Positions 1-10,165 of a DNA stretch of 59,060 bases are shown piece by piece; within the stretch, counting starts at the first letter, position 1, and every line of letters begins with the position of its first letter. Below the pieces are notes generated by a model that worked only from the letters and a program-made list of their open reading frames with translations, had not been told where the DNA came from and searched no databases. This stretch comes from an uncultured Lachnospiraceae bacterium. GTDB lineage: Bacteria > Bacillota > Clostridia > TANB77 > CAG-508. Position numbers and translations under genes: made by a program. The stretch covers positions 1-59,060 of the forward strand of contig CAMPBM010000001.1 in NCBI GenBank assembly GCA_946637865.1. Direction: 5' to 3'.

Positions 1-70
1 AATATATTGCTAGCTCTTACATAATTTTAATTTTTGACTACTCTACTTTAATAGCTACCTGAATTGTAAC
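1..70 (-). mobile_element. Partial GTTACAG-type palindromic element (left-arm type, reverse orientation), truncated by the window start
   Basis: Reverse complement of 1-70 reads GTTACAATTCAGGTAGCTATTAAAGTAGAGTAGTCAAAAATTAAAATTATGTAAGAGCTAGCAATATATT. This is colinear with the left arm of the 34194 element and nearly identical to 59006-59060. Confidence 0.7.
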
Positions 71-183
71 CTATTAAATGATAATGTTTCATATCTTCAA
101 AGCAAAAATAGTCATAAACTAAATTCATTCCCAATATACTTTAATAAAGTTTACATAGACAAACATTTAAGGAGGAATTGTAA

Positions 184-1665
184 ATGGAAAATAATTTTAA
201 ACTATACGAGGATATTGCTAAACGTACTGATGGTGATATTTATGTTGGAGTAGTTGGTCCAGTTCGAACAGGTAAATCTACATTTATAAAAAGATTTATG
301 GATTTACTAGTAATACCGAATATAGATAACTCGTACAAACAAGAACGTGCCAGAGATGAATTGCCACAAAGTGCTGGAGGTCGAACAATAATGACCACCG
401 AGCCAAAATTCATTCCAAACGAGGCAATTGAAATAACGATTGGTAACAATATCTCATTAAAAACAAGACTTGTGGATTGTGTTGGGTACTTAGTAAATAA
501 TGCAATTGGATATTTAGAGGACGATATGCCTAGAATGGTTAAAACTCCGTGGTCTGATGAAGAAATTCCATTTGAAAGAGCTGCAGAAATAGGCACAAAA
601 AAAGTTATACAGGAGCACTCAACTATAGGTATTCTTGTAACAACTGATGGTAGTATAACAGACATTCCCAGAGAAGACTACATAAATGCAGAAGAAAGAG
701 TTGTGTATGAATTAAAGGAATTAAATAAACCCTTTATAATTCTTCTTAATAGTGATTCACCTTACTCTGAATCAACAAAAAGTTTAGCAAGAAAATTAGA
801 AGAAAAATATGAAACTACAGTAATTCCAACAGATTGTTCAAATTTAGAGCTAGAAGATATAAATAATATATTTAGTAAAATCCTATACGAATTTCCTATT
901 GAAAGAATAAATATTTCATTCCCTAAATGGGCTGACAGGTTAAATGAAAACCATTGGTTGAAAAAAGAATTATTTTCCGAAATAAAAGAGGCTTGTGCTA
1001 ATGTTAGAATTTTAAAAAATATATACAATACTATCAACAAACTGCAAAAAACAGAAATAATTACATCCAGTGTTTTAGATGAAATTAAACTAGGTACTGG
1101 TGAAGTTAATGTTACTATAAATTTAAATGATAATCTTTTTTATAAAATAATTACAGAAATCTCAGGCATGGAAATTTCTAATGAAGGTGATTTATTTACA
1201 ACAATTGCTGAGCTTTCCAAAGCTAAGAAAGAATACGATAAAATTGCGTATGCACTAGAAGAAGTACATGCAAAAGGTTATGGAATTGTGACACCTTCTA
1301 TGGATGAATTAATTTTAGATGAACCCGAAATGGTAAAACAAGGTTCTAGATACGGTGTTAAATTAAAGGCAACTGCTCCTTCAATACACCTTATCAAAGC
1401 TGACATTGAGACAGAGGTTTCACCTATTGTAGGAAGCGAAAAACAATCTGAAGAACTTGTTAACTATTTGCTTTCTGAATTTGAAAGTGATCCTAAGAAA
1501 ATTTGGGAATCTAATATATTTGGAAAAAGTCTGCATGAATTGGTTAATGAAGGATTGCAAAATAAGCTTTCAAGGATGCCTGAAGATGCACAGGGCAAAT
1601 TGCAAGAAACTTTGGAACGTATTGTTAATGAAGGTAGTGGCGGATTGATTTGTATTATATTATAA
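184..1665 (+). CDS. spoIVA: Stage IV sporulation protein A (spore coat morphogenetic ATPase)
   Basis: 493 aa. N-terminus DIYVGVVGPVRTGKSTFIKRFM (Walker A) and full-length resemblance to SpoIVA. GGAGG RBS upstream. Confidence 0.95.
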   Translation: MENNFKLYEDIAKRTDGDIYVGVVGPVRTGKSTFIKRFMDLLVIPNIDNSYKQERARDELPQSAGGRTIMTTEPKFIPNEAIEITIGNNISLKTRLVDCVGYLVNNAIGYLEDDMPRMVKTPWSDEEIPFERAAEIGTKKVIQEHSTIGILVTTDGSITDIPREDYINAEERVVYELKELNKPFIILLNSDSPYSESTKSLARKLEEKYETTVIPTDCSNLELEDINNIFSKILYEFPIERINISFPKWADRLNENHWLKKELFSEIKEACANVRILKNIYNTINKLQKTEIITSSVLDEIKLGTGEVNVTINLNDNLFYKIITEISGMEISNEGDLFTTIAELSKAKKEYDKIAYALEEVHAKGYGIVTPSMDELILDEPEMVKQGSRYGVKLKATAPSIHLIKADIETEVSPIVGSEKQSEELVNYLLSEFESDPKKIWESNIFGKSLHELVNEGLQNKLSRMPEDAQGKLQETLERIVNEGSGGLICIIL

Positions 1666-1680
1666 AATATAGTTTATATA

Positions 1681-1748
1681 ACAATAGCGGACATTAGGAA
1701 AGCTCTATAAATTAATTTTTACTCCATACTAGAACTTTCCTATTATAC
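1681..1748. repeat. Palindromic intergenic repeat unit (F-type: ...AGGAAAGCTCTATAA..ACTAGAACTTTCCTATTATA)
   Basis: ACAATAGCGGACATT plus the AGGAAAG/CTTTCCT hairpin. The same module recurs at 21708-21890. Confidence 0.7.
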
Positions 1749-1758
1749 GAAAAAAATC

Positions 1759-1805
1759 AATAAAAATTCTTGAACCCTAATACAGCGTTTTCAAGAATTT
1801 TTATT
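1759..1805 (+). terminator. Intrinsic terminator-like hairpin after spoIVA
   Basis: AATAAAAATTCTTGAA ... TTCAAGAATTTTTATT, a 16-bp stem followed by T-rich sequence. Confidence 0.6.
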
Positions 1806-1928
1806 AATTACTCCTCTAAATCAATTTATAGTTATTTTTTGCCTAATTAGATTTTACTACTATAATTATGCTTTTTATATTTTACATAATGAAAAACTTA
1901 CAACTTTCAAAATCTATAATATCAAAAC

Positions 1929-2648
1929 CTACTTTACAAATTCTAAAATAGCCTCAATAGTCTTTCTTTGTTGTTCTTCCCAACTAATATTTGCATTATT
2001 ATCCTTTGACTGTTTTCCATAGTTACCAAACTGTGCATGATTTCCACCATTTATGCATACTTCTGTTGTATTTTCGTTCCAAAACTGTTTTCCCTCATTA
2101 TATTTAACCATATTTAAAACTCCGTCTTTATCTCCATATATAGATAATATCTTCATATCACTAGATAATTCCTTAGTTGGATATGCTGCTAATAAAATTA
2201 ATCCATCTATCTTATCTATATTTTCTGAAGTATACATTGAAGCAACTGCCCCTCCAAGAGAGTGTCCAGAAAGATACCAATTTTTATAGTTGTATTTATC
2301 TATTATCTCATCGGCTCTGTTTTTCCCAAAGAATGCTAAATGAAATGGCATCTCTATCACAAAACAATCCTGCCCCTGCTCTGCTAAATGATATAGCAAA
2401 GGTGCATATGCTGTTGTATCTACCTTGGCTCCTGGATAAAAAATAATTGCATTTTCTTCACCATATCCATCAAAGAAATATCCCCTATCTATTTTGGTTA
2501 CAGTAATATCTCTATCACTTTTTAAATAGTCATATACCAATTGCTCACTCTTTGAATAACTACATAGAAAAACTGTAGCTAGAACTATCATAACTATTAA
2601 GAAAGCTACTATTACTATAACCGTAATCTTTACTTTTTTATTACTCAT
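1929..2648 (-). CDS. Membrane-anchored alpha/beta hydrolase
   Basis: GHSLGG nucleophile elbow and an N-terminal TM helix. Start moved to the ATG at 2648 behind an AAGGAG RBS. Confidence 0.7.
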   Translation of the reverse strand: MSNKKVKITVIVIVAFLIVMIVLATVFLCSYSKSEQLVYDYLKSDRDITVTKIDRGYFFDGYGEENAIIFYPGAKVDTTAYAPLLYHLAEQGQDCFVIEMPFHLAFFGKNRADEIIDKYNYKNWYLSGHSLGGAVASMYTSENIDKIDGLILLAAYPTKELSSDMKILSIYGDKDGVLNMVKYNEGKQFWNENTTEVCINGGNHAQFGNYGKQSKDNNANISWEEQQRKTIEAILEFVK

Positions 2649-2800
2649 CTTAATCACACTCCTTAGCATATATCTCTATATTAAATTTACATAATCTCTA
2701 TAACTATTATACTATATTTTAGATAAAAATGCAAAGATGTTATAATTTACTCTTTTTTGGTAAATACTACAAACAAGTCATAACAGAAAGGATATCTATA

Positions 2801-4522
2801 ATGAGAAGATACAATTTATTTAAGCAATTCTATACTAGATTCATAAAATACACACCTAACTCAGAATATAACTTCTATCTTACAACAGAGAATTATAAAA
2901 AAATAGAAAAAAGTCCAATATCACCTACTAAAAGCTTAGAGCCCACACACATATCACAAAATTTACAAGAAAACATGAATTTTTTAAAAGTAAAATACAA
3001 TAGTCTAATAAATAGCGACATAGTAATTAGAGAATTTTCATTAACTGCACAAAACAAAGAATATAGTTCTGCCATAATCTATATTGATGGTATGGTAGAT
3101 ACAAAAATAGTAAATGACTCCATTCTACGTCCACTTATGCTAAAAAACAAAGCTAATACCTACCAATCAAAAGAAAAAGAAGTTATTTCAGAATTTAATA
3201 ACAATGATGTAATAATTAGGAAAATAAAAAAATTTAATGTAGAAAACTATATTTATAGTCATCTAATTCCTCAAAATGATATAAAAAAAGTAAAACAATA
3301 TGATGAAATATTGACTAGCATAAACATGGGAAATTGTATACTACTAGTTGATACACTACCAGTGTGTTTTAACCTTGACGTTAAAGGATTTAAACAAAGA
3401 AGTGTTAGCTCCCCTAAAAATGAGATTGTCGTAAGAGGCTCCCAAGAAGCTTTTGTCGAAAATATAAGAACTAATACGTCCATGTTGAGAAGAATAATAA
3501 ATAGTGAAAACCTAGTTATAGAAAATTGTTCGATTGGAAAAATAAGTAAAACAAAAATAGCAGTCTGCTATTTAAAAGACATAGCAAATAATGACCTGGT
3601 AGCAGAAGTGAAATATAGATTAAACAATCTAGATATAGACTATTTAACTTCTTCTGGGCAATTGGAACAATATATTCAAGACAGTAGTTTAAGTGTATTT
3701 CCACAATTAATTGCAACTGAAAGACCCGATAAAGTTTCAATACATTTATTTGAAGGCAGAGTAGCTATAATAGTAAATGATACTCCATATGTATTAGTAG
3801 CACCTGGTGTACTTTCAGATTTTATGTCTTCCCCTGAAGATACAAATTATAAATACCAGTTTTCTAATCTACTAAAAATTATTAGATTAATTGCTGTTTT
3901 TTTTGCCTTATTTTTACCAGGAATTTATGTGGCAGTAACTTCCTACCACCATGAATTATTACCAACTGAACTTTTATTTACAATTGAAGCTGCTCGTGAA
4001 ACCGTACCTTTTCCCGTCATTTTTGAAATATTATTGATGGAAATTTCATTTGAATTAATAAGAGAAGCTGGTGTTCGTGTTCCCTCACCTATTGGACCTA
4101 CTATTGGAATTGTAGGTGGTCTTATTTTAGGTGAATCTGCTGTGAGCGCTAATTTGGTAAGTCCTATACTTATTATAATTGTAGCTATTACAGCTATATG
4201 CTCATTTAGTATTCCAGATTTTTCGTTAAACTTTACCATAAGAATATTACGATTTGTTTATATTCTTCTTGGATATATGGCTGGATTTTTAGGAATTGCA
4301 GTTGGTATGTTTATACAAACCATTTTATTGTGCAACTTAAAGTCATTTGGGTGTCCTTATCTTACACCTTTTGTAGTTAACAATGCTAAAAGAAGCTTAA
4401 CGTCATACTTTTTACCACCTATTTGGAAGCGAGAAAATCGTTCTAACATAGTTAGTCCTAAGAAAAAATACTCTCAAGGAAAAATAAGTATGGTTTGGAA
4501 GAATAAAGGGATGCGCAAATAG
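2801..4522 (+). CDS. GerA-family spore germinant receptor, A subunit
   Basis: Soluble N-domain plus C-terminal multi-TM domain, and the TERPD motif typical of GerAA/GerKA. Start taken at MRRYNLF (2801). Confidence 0.85.
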   Translation: MRRYNLFKQFYTRFIKYTPNSEYNFYLTTENYKKIEKSPISPTKSLEPTHISQNLQENMNFLKVKYNSLINSDIVIREFSLTAQNKEYSSAIIYIDGMVDTKIVNDSILRPLMLKNKANTYQSKEKEVISEFNNNDVIIRKIKKFNVENYIYSHLIPQNDIKKVKQYDEILTSINMGNCILLVDTLPVCFNLDVKGFKQRSVSSPKNEIVVRGSQEAFVENIRTNTSMLRRIINSENLVIENCSIGKISKTKIAVCYLKDIANNDLVAEVKYRLNNLDIDYLTSSGQLEQYIQDSSLSVFPQLIATERPDKVSIHLFEGRVAIIVNDTPYVLVAPGVLSDFMSSPEDTNYKYQFSNLLKIIRLIAVFFALFLPGIYVAVTSYHHELLPTELLFTIEAARETVPFPVIFEILLMEISFELIREAGVRVPSPIGPTIGIVGGLILGESAVSANLVSPILIIIVAITAICSFSIPDFSLNFTIRILRFVYILLGYMAGFLGIAVGMFIQTILLCNLKSFGCPYLTPFVVNNAKRSLTSYFLPPIWKRENRSNIVSPKKKYSQGKISMVWKNKGMRK

Positions 4523-4690
4523 TTTTACTCAGATAATGCATTCAAATTATTAATAATTTTCACACTCGTATCTTTATATTGCCTGCCAAAAAATTATCAT
4601 TAAATAAAACATTATGGTAGTTGCCTACAAAGACATCTTAATTGAGTGCATTTTTAAAATTATATGTTAATTATGGAGGATATTGGATTT

Positions 4691-7015
4691 ATGTATACTG
4701 AAAAAATTGGTTATGCCGAAGCTATTGCTTTAATAAACGTTGTAATGATAAATAAAATTATATTAAATACCCCAAAAGATATTATAGCCAATACTGGTTC
4801 TTCAGCCTGGCTTAACGTACTATATATATCACTAATTTCTGTATTAGTTGCATGCATAATAACCCATCTTTTAAAAAAATTTCCTGGTCGTGACATTTTA
4901 GACATTTCTGAATTCTTGGGCGGAAAAACACTAAAAGGTATAATTGGAATTGCGTATATGATTTTACTTGTATTATTGACAACGCTGGTAATAAAAAATC
5001 TATCTGAAACACTAAAAATTATTTACTTTAAGACTTCGCCCATTTTATATATAGTATTATTTTTTATAGTAAGCAGTATTATTTGTAGCAAATACCCTAT
5101 CAAAGTCTTTGCAAAGGCTAATTTAATAGTAACGCCTATAATTTTTCTAAGTGTTATTATTATCCTATTATCCTCCATTAAAAATTTTATGCCTCAAAGA
5201 ATCTTTCCAATTTTAGGATATGGAGTTGATAGTACATTTTTCTCTGGTTTAAGCAATATCTTCAGTTTTTCAGGAATGTTATATCTTTTATTCTTACCAC
5301 CACTACTTGATAAACCTGAGAAAATGAAAAGAATGTCTATAATTGCGATTACAATATCTGCAGTATATTTGTTCTTAAGTGTAACTTGCTTATTATTATC
5401 GTTGTCTTTTACGTTTCATAGTGATGAATCTTTTTCATTGTATGTATTAACAAGAAGTTTGGAATATGGTCGATTTATACAAAGAGTTGATGCCATCTTT
5501 ATCTTAATTTGGATTTTAGCAATAATTTCATATATAAACCTACCAATTTCATTATGTGTTTATATATTTAAAAAGCTAACTAATATATCTGATACAAGCT
5601 CAATAAGTTATTCTATTAACTTACTTATCTTAGCTTTATGCATTATTCCTATTGAATATGCCATTTTTGCTAATATACTAGGTAAATTTGTACAGTACTC
5701 TTTCCTAATACTATTTTTTGCAATTAGTATACCTATATTGATTTTTGCAAATTTAAAGCTAAAATTAACAAGTAGATTTAAGAAAATGAAAAATGTCTTA
5801 AAAAGGACCTTACTAATTTCATTAGTTTTTATAATGCCTCTAACTTGCCTTTCTGGTTGCTATGACGCACGTGGAATTGAAGACCTAGCCTATGTTACAG
5901 CACTTGGTCTAGACATTTCTGAAAATGGTATTTTATCAATGACTTTTCAAATTTCAGTTCCAGAATCAAGTTCAGAATCCGGTAGTAGCCAATCCAGTAA
6001 AACCAAAAATGCAACCGTACAGTGCAGTAGTATTGACTCTGGAATTAGTTTAGTTAATAGCTACATCAGCAAACAAATAAATCTATCTCACTGCAAAGTT
6101 CTTGTATTTTCAGAAGAAATTGCAACCCTAGGACTTAATGATTACCTTAATACCTTCTCTAACAACATAGAGATTAGACCCGATTGTAATGTCATAATTA
6201 CCAGATCTACCGCTCAAGAATTTATTGAAAATGCAACTCCATCTATAGAAACAATAACTGCACGATATTATGAAGTTGCATTACACTCAAGCGAATATAC
6301 TGGTTATACTACATCTACTGAATTTGCTACTTTTGTAAACGATGTCAAAAACTCTTTCATACAAGGAAGCGCAATTTTAGGAGGAGTTAACTCTGGTGAA
6401 AATAAGATGCCCGAAGAATATTACGTTGGAATTGATGCCAACTACCTTGCAAATTCTTCTCCCATTGAAGATTCCGATAAAACTGAAACATTTGGAACTG
6501 CCGTTTTTAAAGATGATAAATTGGTTGGTGAATTAACAGGACTTGAAACCTTGTGTTTTCTGCTGGTTTCTAATAAGATTAATAGTTGTACAATTTCCGT
6601 ACCTAGTCCATTTAAAACCGATTCTGGAATAGATTTATTTATAGCATGCAGTAAAAGTCCCAAAATTAACGTTAATTTAATAAATGGTATTCCACATATA
6701 TCAATTGACTTATTCATTGAAGCCCGAGGGCTTACTTTGAACGAAACAGTAGATTATACCTCTATTTCCTATGTTAAGCAGTTAGAAGACTCTGCAGAAT
6801 TGTATATTAAAAATCAAGTTGAAAACTTTTTATATAAGACTTCCAAGGAGTTTAATTCAGATATCTGCGGATTTGGAAAATATGTTTTATCAAAATACTA
6901 TACCTGGCAAGATTGGGAAAATGCTGACTGGGCTGGCAATTATATAAATTCAGTATTTGATTTAAATGTTAATATAAGTATCCTTTCGGGTTCTGAATTT
7001 AACAAATCGCCTTAA
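4691..7015 (+). CDS. GerA-family B subunit (APC-type permease) fused in frame to a C subunit (lipoprotein-like)
   Basis: First ~365 aa are a polytopic permease. From the ATG at 5786 the sequence reads MKNVLKRTLLISLVFIMPLTCLSGCYDARGIEDLAYVTALGLD, a typical GerAC lipobox N-terminus. No stop codon lies between the two parts. GGAGGA RBS before 4691. Confidence 0.7.
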   Translation: MYTEKIGYAEAIALINVVMINKIILNTPKDIIANTGSSAWLNVLYISLISVLVACIITHLLKKFPGRDILDISEFLGGKTLKGIIGIAYMILLVLLTTLVIKNLSETLKIIYFKTSPILYIVLFFIVSSIICSKYPIKVFAKANLIVTPIIFLSVIIILLSSIKNFMPQRIFPILGYGVDSTFFSGLSNIFSFSGMLYLLFLPPLLDKPEKMKRMSIIAITISAVYLFLSVTCLLLSLSFTFHSDESFSLYVLTRSLEYGRFIQRVDAIFILIWILAIISYINLPISLCVYIFKKLTNISDTSSISYSINLLILALCIIPIEYAIFANILGKFVQYSFLILFFAISIPILIFANLKLKLTSRFKKMKNVLKRTLLISLVFIMPLTCLSGCYDARGIEDLAYVTALGLDISENGILSMTFQISVPESSSESGSSQSSKTKNATVQCSSIDSGISLVNSYISKQINLSHCKVLVFSEEIATLGLNDYLNTFSNNIEIRPDCNVIITRSTAQEFIENATPSIETITARYYEVALHSSEYTGYTTSTEFATFVNDVKNSFIQGSAILGGVNSGENKMPEEYYVGIDANYLANSSPIEDSDKTETFGTAVFKDDKLVGELTGLETLCFLLVSNKINSCTISVPSPFKTDSGIDLFIACSKSPKINVNLINGIPHISIDLFIEARGLTLNETVDYTSISYVKQLEDSAELYIKNQVENFLYKTSKEFNSDICGFGKYVLSKYYTWQDWENADWAGNYINSVFDLNVNISILSGSEFNKSP

Positions 7016-7064
7016 TTGTATTTCTACGTATTTATTATATCCATCTTTAAAAAGGAGTTAAATT

Positions 7065-7241
7065 ATGTTTTTAAAATTATTAGTTAGTTTGTTTGGTATC
7101 TTAGCTTTTATAAAAAATATTTCTTATTCTATTTATGAATATAAGAATAATAGCAATACCGTTGGTGCATTTTTCGTTTGTAGTTTAAGTTTTGTAAGCA
7201 TTACTATTCTGAATCTAGTTTTGTTCTTTATTAAGTTTTGA
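7065..7241 (+). CDS. 58-aa two-TM membrane peptide, possible germinant-receptor D subunit
   Basis: AAAGGAG RBS 7 nt upstream. Sequence MFLKLLVSLFGILAFIKN...VGAFFVCSLSFVSITILNLVLFFIKF. Lies immediately downstream of the ger operon. Below the ORF-track length cutoff. Confidence 0.4.
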   Translation: MFLKLLVSLFGILAFIKNISYSIYEYKNNSNTVGAFFVCSLSFVSITILNLVLFFIKF

Positions 7242-7339
7242 AATGGTGGACGGTTTGAAATTGGGGACGGGGATTTTTTTTGAAATTGGGGACGGAGATT
7301 TCAAATCCCCGTCCCCAATTTCAACCCGTCCCCAATTTC
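7240..7339. repeat. Array of GAAATTGGGGACGG units (D-type): three direct plus two inverted, forming a compound hairpin
   Basis: GAAATGGTGGACGG, GAAATTGGGGACGG twice, then CCGTCCCCAATTTC twice. Sits between convergent genes and probably acts as a bidirectional terminator. Confidence 0.8.
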
Positions 7340-7348
7340 AAAAACCAA

Positions 7349-9640
7349 TTAAACCACTCTGCAAAACGACACTCTTCTCATTTCCTTATTAGCTTCAATA
7401 ACTCTAATTCTCATCTTATCTCCAATATTAAATAACTCCCCGCTGTTTTCTCCAATTAATTGTTTATGTTCTTCATCATAGATAAAATACTCTTCTCCAA
7501 GATTTTCAAATCTTATTAAACCTTCAACTGTGCTTTCTAGCTCCACAAAAACACCAAAAGAAGTAATATTAGAAATAATCCCCTCGTATTCTTCACCAAC
7601 TTTAGACTGCATATATTCAGCTTTCTTTATATCAACACTATCCCTTTCCACCTTTTGAGCTACCTTTTCTCTTTCAGATGAAGTTCTCGCATACTTAGTT
7701 GCCTCATCCGAATATTTCTCTAATTCATCATCAGATATGTTATATCCTTTTTCTAAATATCTAGAAATAATCCTGTGTATAAATAAATCTGGATACCTTC
7801 TAATTGGTGATGTGAAGTGACAATAGTATTTACTAGCTATTCCAAAATGTCCCCTATTTTCACTCTCGTATTGAGCAACTTTTAGGGTTCTTAATATCAA
7901 GTTAGATACCACTCTTTCCTCAGGCTTTCCCTTAACTTCTTCTAATACTTCAGCAAATGCTTTAGGATGAATATTATCTTTATTAGCCTTTATCCTATAT
8001 CCTAAATTCCATATAAACGTATTAAGTTCTCTTACTTTCTCCATATCTGGTGCTGGATGCACTCTATATATAAATGGTGCTTCTAACCAAAAAAATTTTT
8101 CAGCGACAGTTTCATTTGCAATAAGCATAAATTGCTCTATTATCTCATTAGCAAAGGTTATTTCATATTTTTTAACGTCGATGGCGACTCCATTTTCATC
8201 CAATATTATTTTACTCTCTGGAATATCTAGGTCTAAACTTCCATCTTTTTCCCTCTTTTTCTTTAAAATCATAGCTAAGTCGGACATTAATTTAAGACTA
8301 TTAAAATACTGCTCGTATTCCTTAATTATCTTGAATTCTTCTTTACACTTAATAGTTGCATCACTGTTTTTAATTTCTACGCTATCAATAGTTTCTTTCA
8401 TCATTTCATTATTATTTTTTTCAATATTTTCAATGTATGCAAAATTTTTGGAGTTACTAGCATTCTCTGCTTTTTCCTTTTTTCTTAAATTCTCTTTTAA
8501 TTTAAGATATTCTAGTATCTTATGAACACCATTATAACTCATTCTCTTCGTAACTCTAATAATACTTTTGTGAATATCAGAAGATATAACCTGTCCCTTA
8601 CTATTTATCTCCATTATTACAGACAATGCAAATCTATCTTGCCCTTCATTTAAACTACAAATACCATTAGACAATTCTTTTGGTAACATTGGAATTACTC
8701 TGTCCATCATATATATGCTAGTACCTCTTAATATTGCTTCCCTGTCTAATTGAGAATTTTCCTTAACGTAATTGCTCACATCTGCTATATGCACACCTAA
8801 TACAAAATTTCCAGAATCATTTATTTCGACACATACAGCGTCATCCAGATCTTTAGCATCCTCACCATCAATTGTAAACATTTCCTTATTTCGTAAATCC
8901 AATCTCTTTTTTAAATCATCTTCTGTAATAGTCATTTTTAATGCTCTAGCTTCCTCTAATACTGGTTCTGGGAATTCGTATGGTAGGTTGTATTCCTTAA
9001 TTAAAGAAAGCATATCTACCCCGGCTTCATCCTTGTTTCCTAGTACTTCTACAATTTTTCCTTCAGCTTTTCTTCCTCTTTGAGCAAATTTTGTTATTTT
9101 TACTACTACTTTTTGATTATTTCTTGCTCTAGCGAAATCTTTTTTTGATATGAAAATGTCTGTTCCAAATTTTCTATCGTCTGGTATTACAAATCCAAAA
9201 TTCTTGCTATTTTTAAATACTCCTACCACCATATTTTTGCTATGTTCTAGTATTTTTAGTATTTTTCCCTCTTTATGCTGTGACTCATTATTGTTTACTT
9301 CAATTATTTTTACTAGTACTTTATCTTCATTTAGCGCATTGTTTAAATTACTGCTAGTAATAAATATTTCGTCAACGGAATCTTCTACTTTTACAAAGCC
9401 GAATCCTTTTTGATTTAGTGTTAATATTCCAACTTTATATATACTACTGTCTACTAGCATGTATTTTCCTTTTTTAGTTAATTCTACTTTACACTCAATT
9501 TCTAATTCTTTTAAAATTTGGTGGAACTCTGTATATTTTTCCTTTGGGACACCTAGAATAAACGCTAATTCTTTTGCTTTCATTGGTACATATTTCTCGT
9601 TAGACATGAAATCTAAAATTATTTTTCTATTTTCTTCCAT
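7349..9640 (-). CDS. rnr: Ribonuclease R
   Basis: 763 aa. Cold-shock-like N-domains, RNB domain motif DGEDAKDLDDAV, C-terminal S1 domain. Confidence 0.93.
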   Translation of the reverse strand: MEENRKIILDFMSNEKYVPMKAKELAFILGVPKEKYTEFHQILKELEIECKVELTKKGKYMLVDSSIYKVGILTLNQKGFGFVKVEDSVDEIFITSSNLNNALNEDKVLVKIIEVNNNESQHKEGKILKILEHSKNMVVGVFKNSKNFGFVIPDDRKFGTDIFISKKDFARARNNQKVVVKITKFAQRGRKAEGKIVEVLGNKDEAGVDMLSLIKEYNLPYEFPEPVLEEARALKMTITEDDLKKRLDLRNKEMFTIDGEDAKDLDDAVCVEINDSGNFVLGVHIADVSNYVKENSQLDREAILRGTSIYMMDRVIPMLPKELSNGICSLNEGQDRFALSVIMEINSKGQVISSDIHKSIIRVTKRMSYNGVHKILEYLKLKENLRKKEKAENASNSKNFAYIENIEKNNNEMMKETIDSVEIKNSDATIKCKEEFKIIKEYEQYFNSLKLMSDLAMILKKKREKDGSLDLDIPESKIILDENGVAIDVKKYEITFANEIIEQFMLIANETVAEKFFWLEAPFIYRVHPAPDMEKVRELNTFIWNLGYRIKANKDNIHPKAFAEVLEEVKGKPEERVVSNLILRTLKVAQYESENRGHFGIASKYYCHFTSPIRRYPDLFIHRIISRYLEKGYNISDDELEKYSDEATKYARTSSEREKVAQKVERDSVDIKKAEYMQSKVGEEYEGIISNITSFGVFVELESTVEGLIRFENLGEEYFIYDEEHKQLIGENSGELFNIGDKMRIRVIEANKEMRRVSFCRVV

Positions 9641-9673
9641 TGAGTCTCCTTTCTATTTTATTGGAAAATGAAA

Positions 9674-9767
9674 ATTCTTTTGTGGAGCACAGTAGTGTTC
9701 CGCTACAAGAGCTTGTGTTTTTTTGGTGTTGTAGGTATTTGTGGAGTACGATATATTTTAGTCTACG
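9674..9767. repeat. Two degenerate E-type REP-like units (GGAGCAC..GTGYTCCGCTACAAG)
   Basis: GTGGAGCACAGTAGTGTTCCGCTACAAGAGC and GTGGAGTACGATATATTTTAGTCTACG. Confidence 0.6.
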
Positions 9768-9786
9768 TTTTTGTGACTTATGAAAA

Positions 9787-9823
9787 GACCTCAAAATCTG
9801 TAACAATTACAACTTTTGAGGCC
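9787..9823 (-). terminator. Intrinsic terminator after secG
   Basis: Minus strand GGCCTCAAAA...TTTTGAGGTC followed by TTTTC. Confidence 0.6.
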
Positions 9824-9844
9824 TACTTGCATAGATATTAGCAA

Positions 9845-10093
9845 CTACATTACATATAGCACACTTAGTATCACTGTGCTTATCATAAATGCAACACCTA
9901 ATATAACCGTATATCTTTTAATTTTTCCTTCTTTAGTTCTTCCTTTATTTTTTTCATAGAAATTATTTGTTGAAGAACCTACTATTGCTTCTGAAAGACC
10001 ATTTGAATCTTTTGTTTGTACTGTAGCTACTATTATTAGTGCTATACAAATTATTATATAAATTGCTAATACTATATATCTTAATACTGTCAT
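9845..10093 (-). CDS. secG: Preprotein translocase subunit SecG
   Basis: Two-TM small protein with a central Gly/Ser/Asn-rich loop. GGAGAGGG RBS before the ATG at 10093. Confidence 0.75.
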   Translation of the reverse strand: MTVLRYIVLAIYIIICIALIIVATVQTKDSNGLSEAIVGSSTNNFYEKNKGRTKEGKIKRYTVILGVAFMISTVILSVLYVM

Positions 10094-10165
10094 TTTTACC
10101 CTCTCCATTCATATATATTTTTCCTTCGCTTATTGTAGCATAACTTTTTTTAAAATGCAAATAAT

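Noticed and set aside
7240-7339. Possible CRISPR array, from the regularly recurring GAAATTGGGGACGG units here and at 31105, 34100 and 49238
   Set aside because: The units are only 14-20 nt and occur in both orientations within one cluster. Spacing is irregular and very short, there are at most five units, and no cas genes are present. They behave like REP/terminator-forming repeats.
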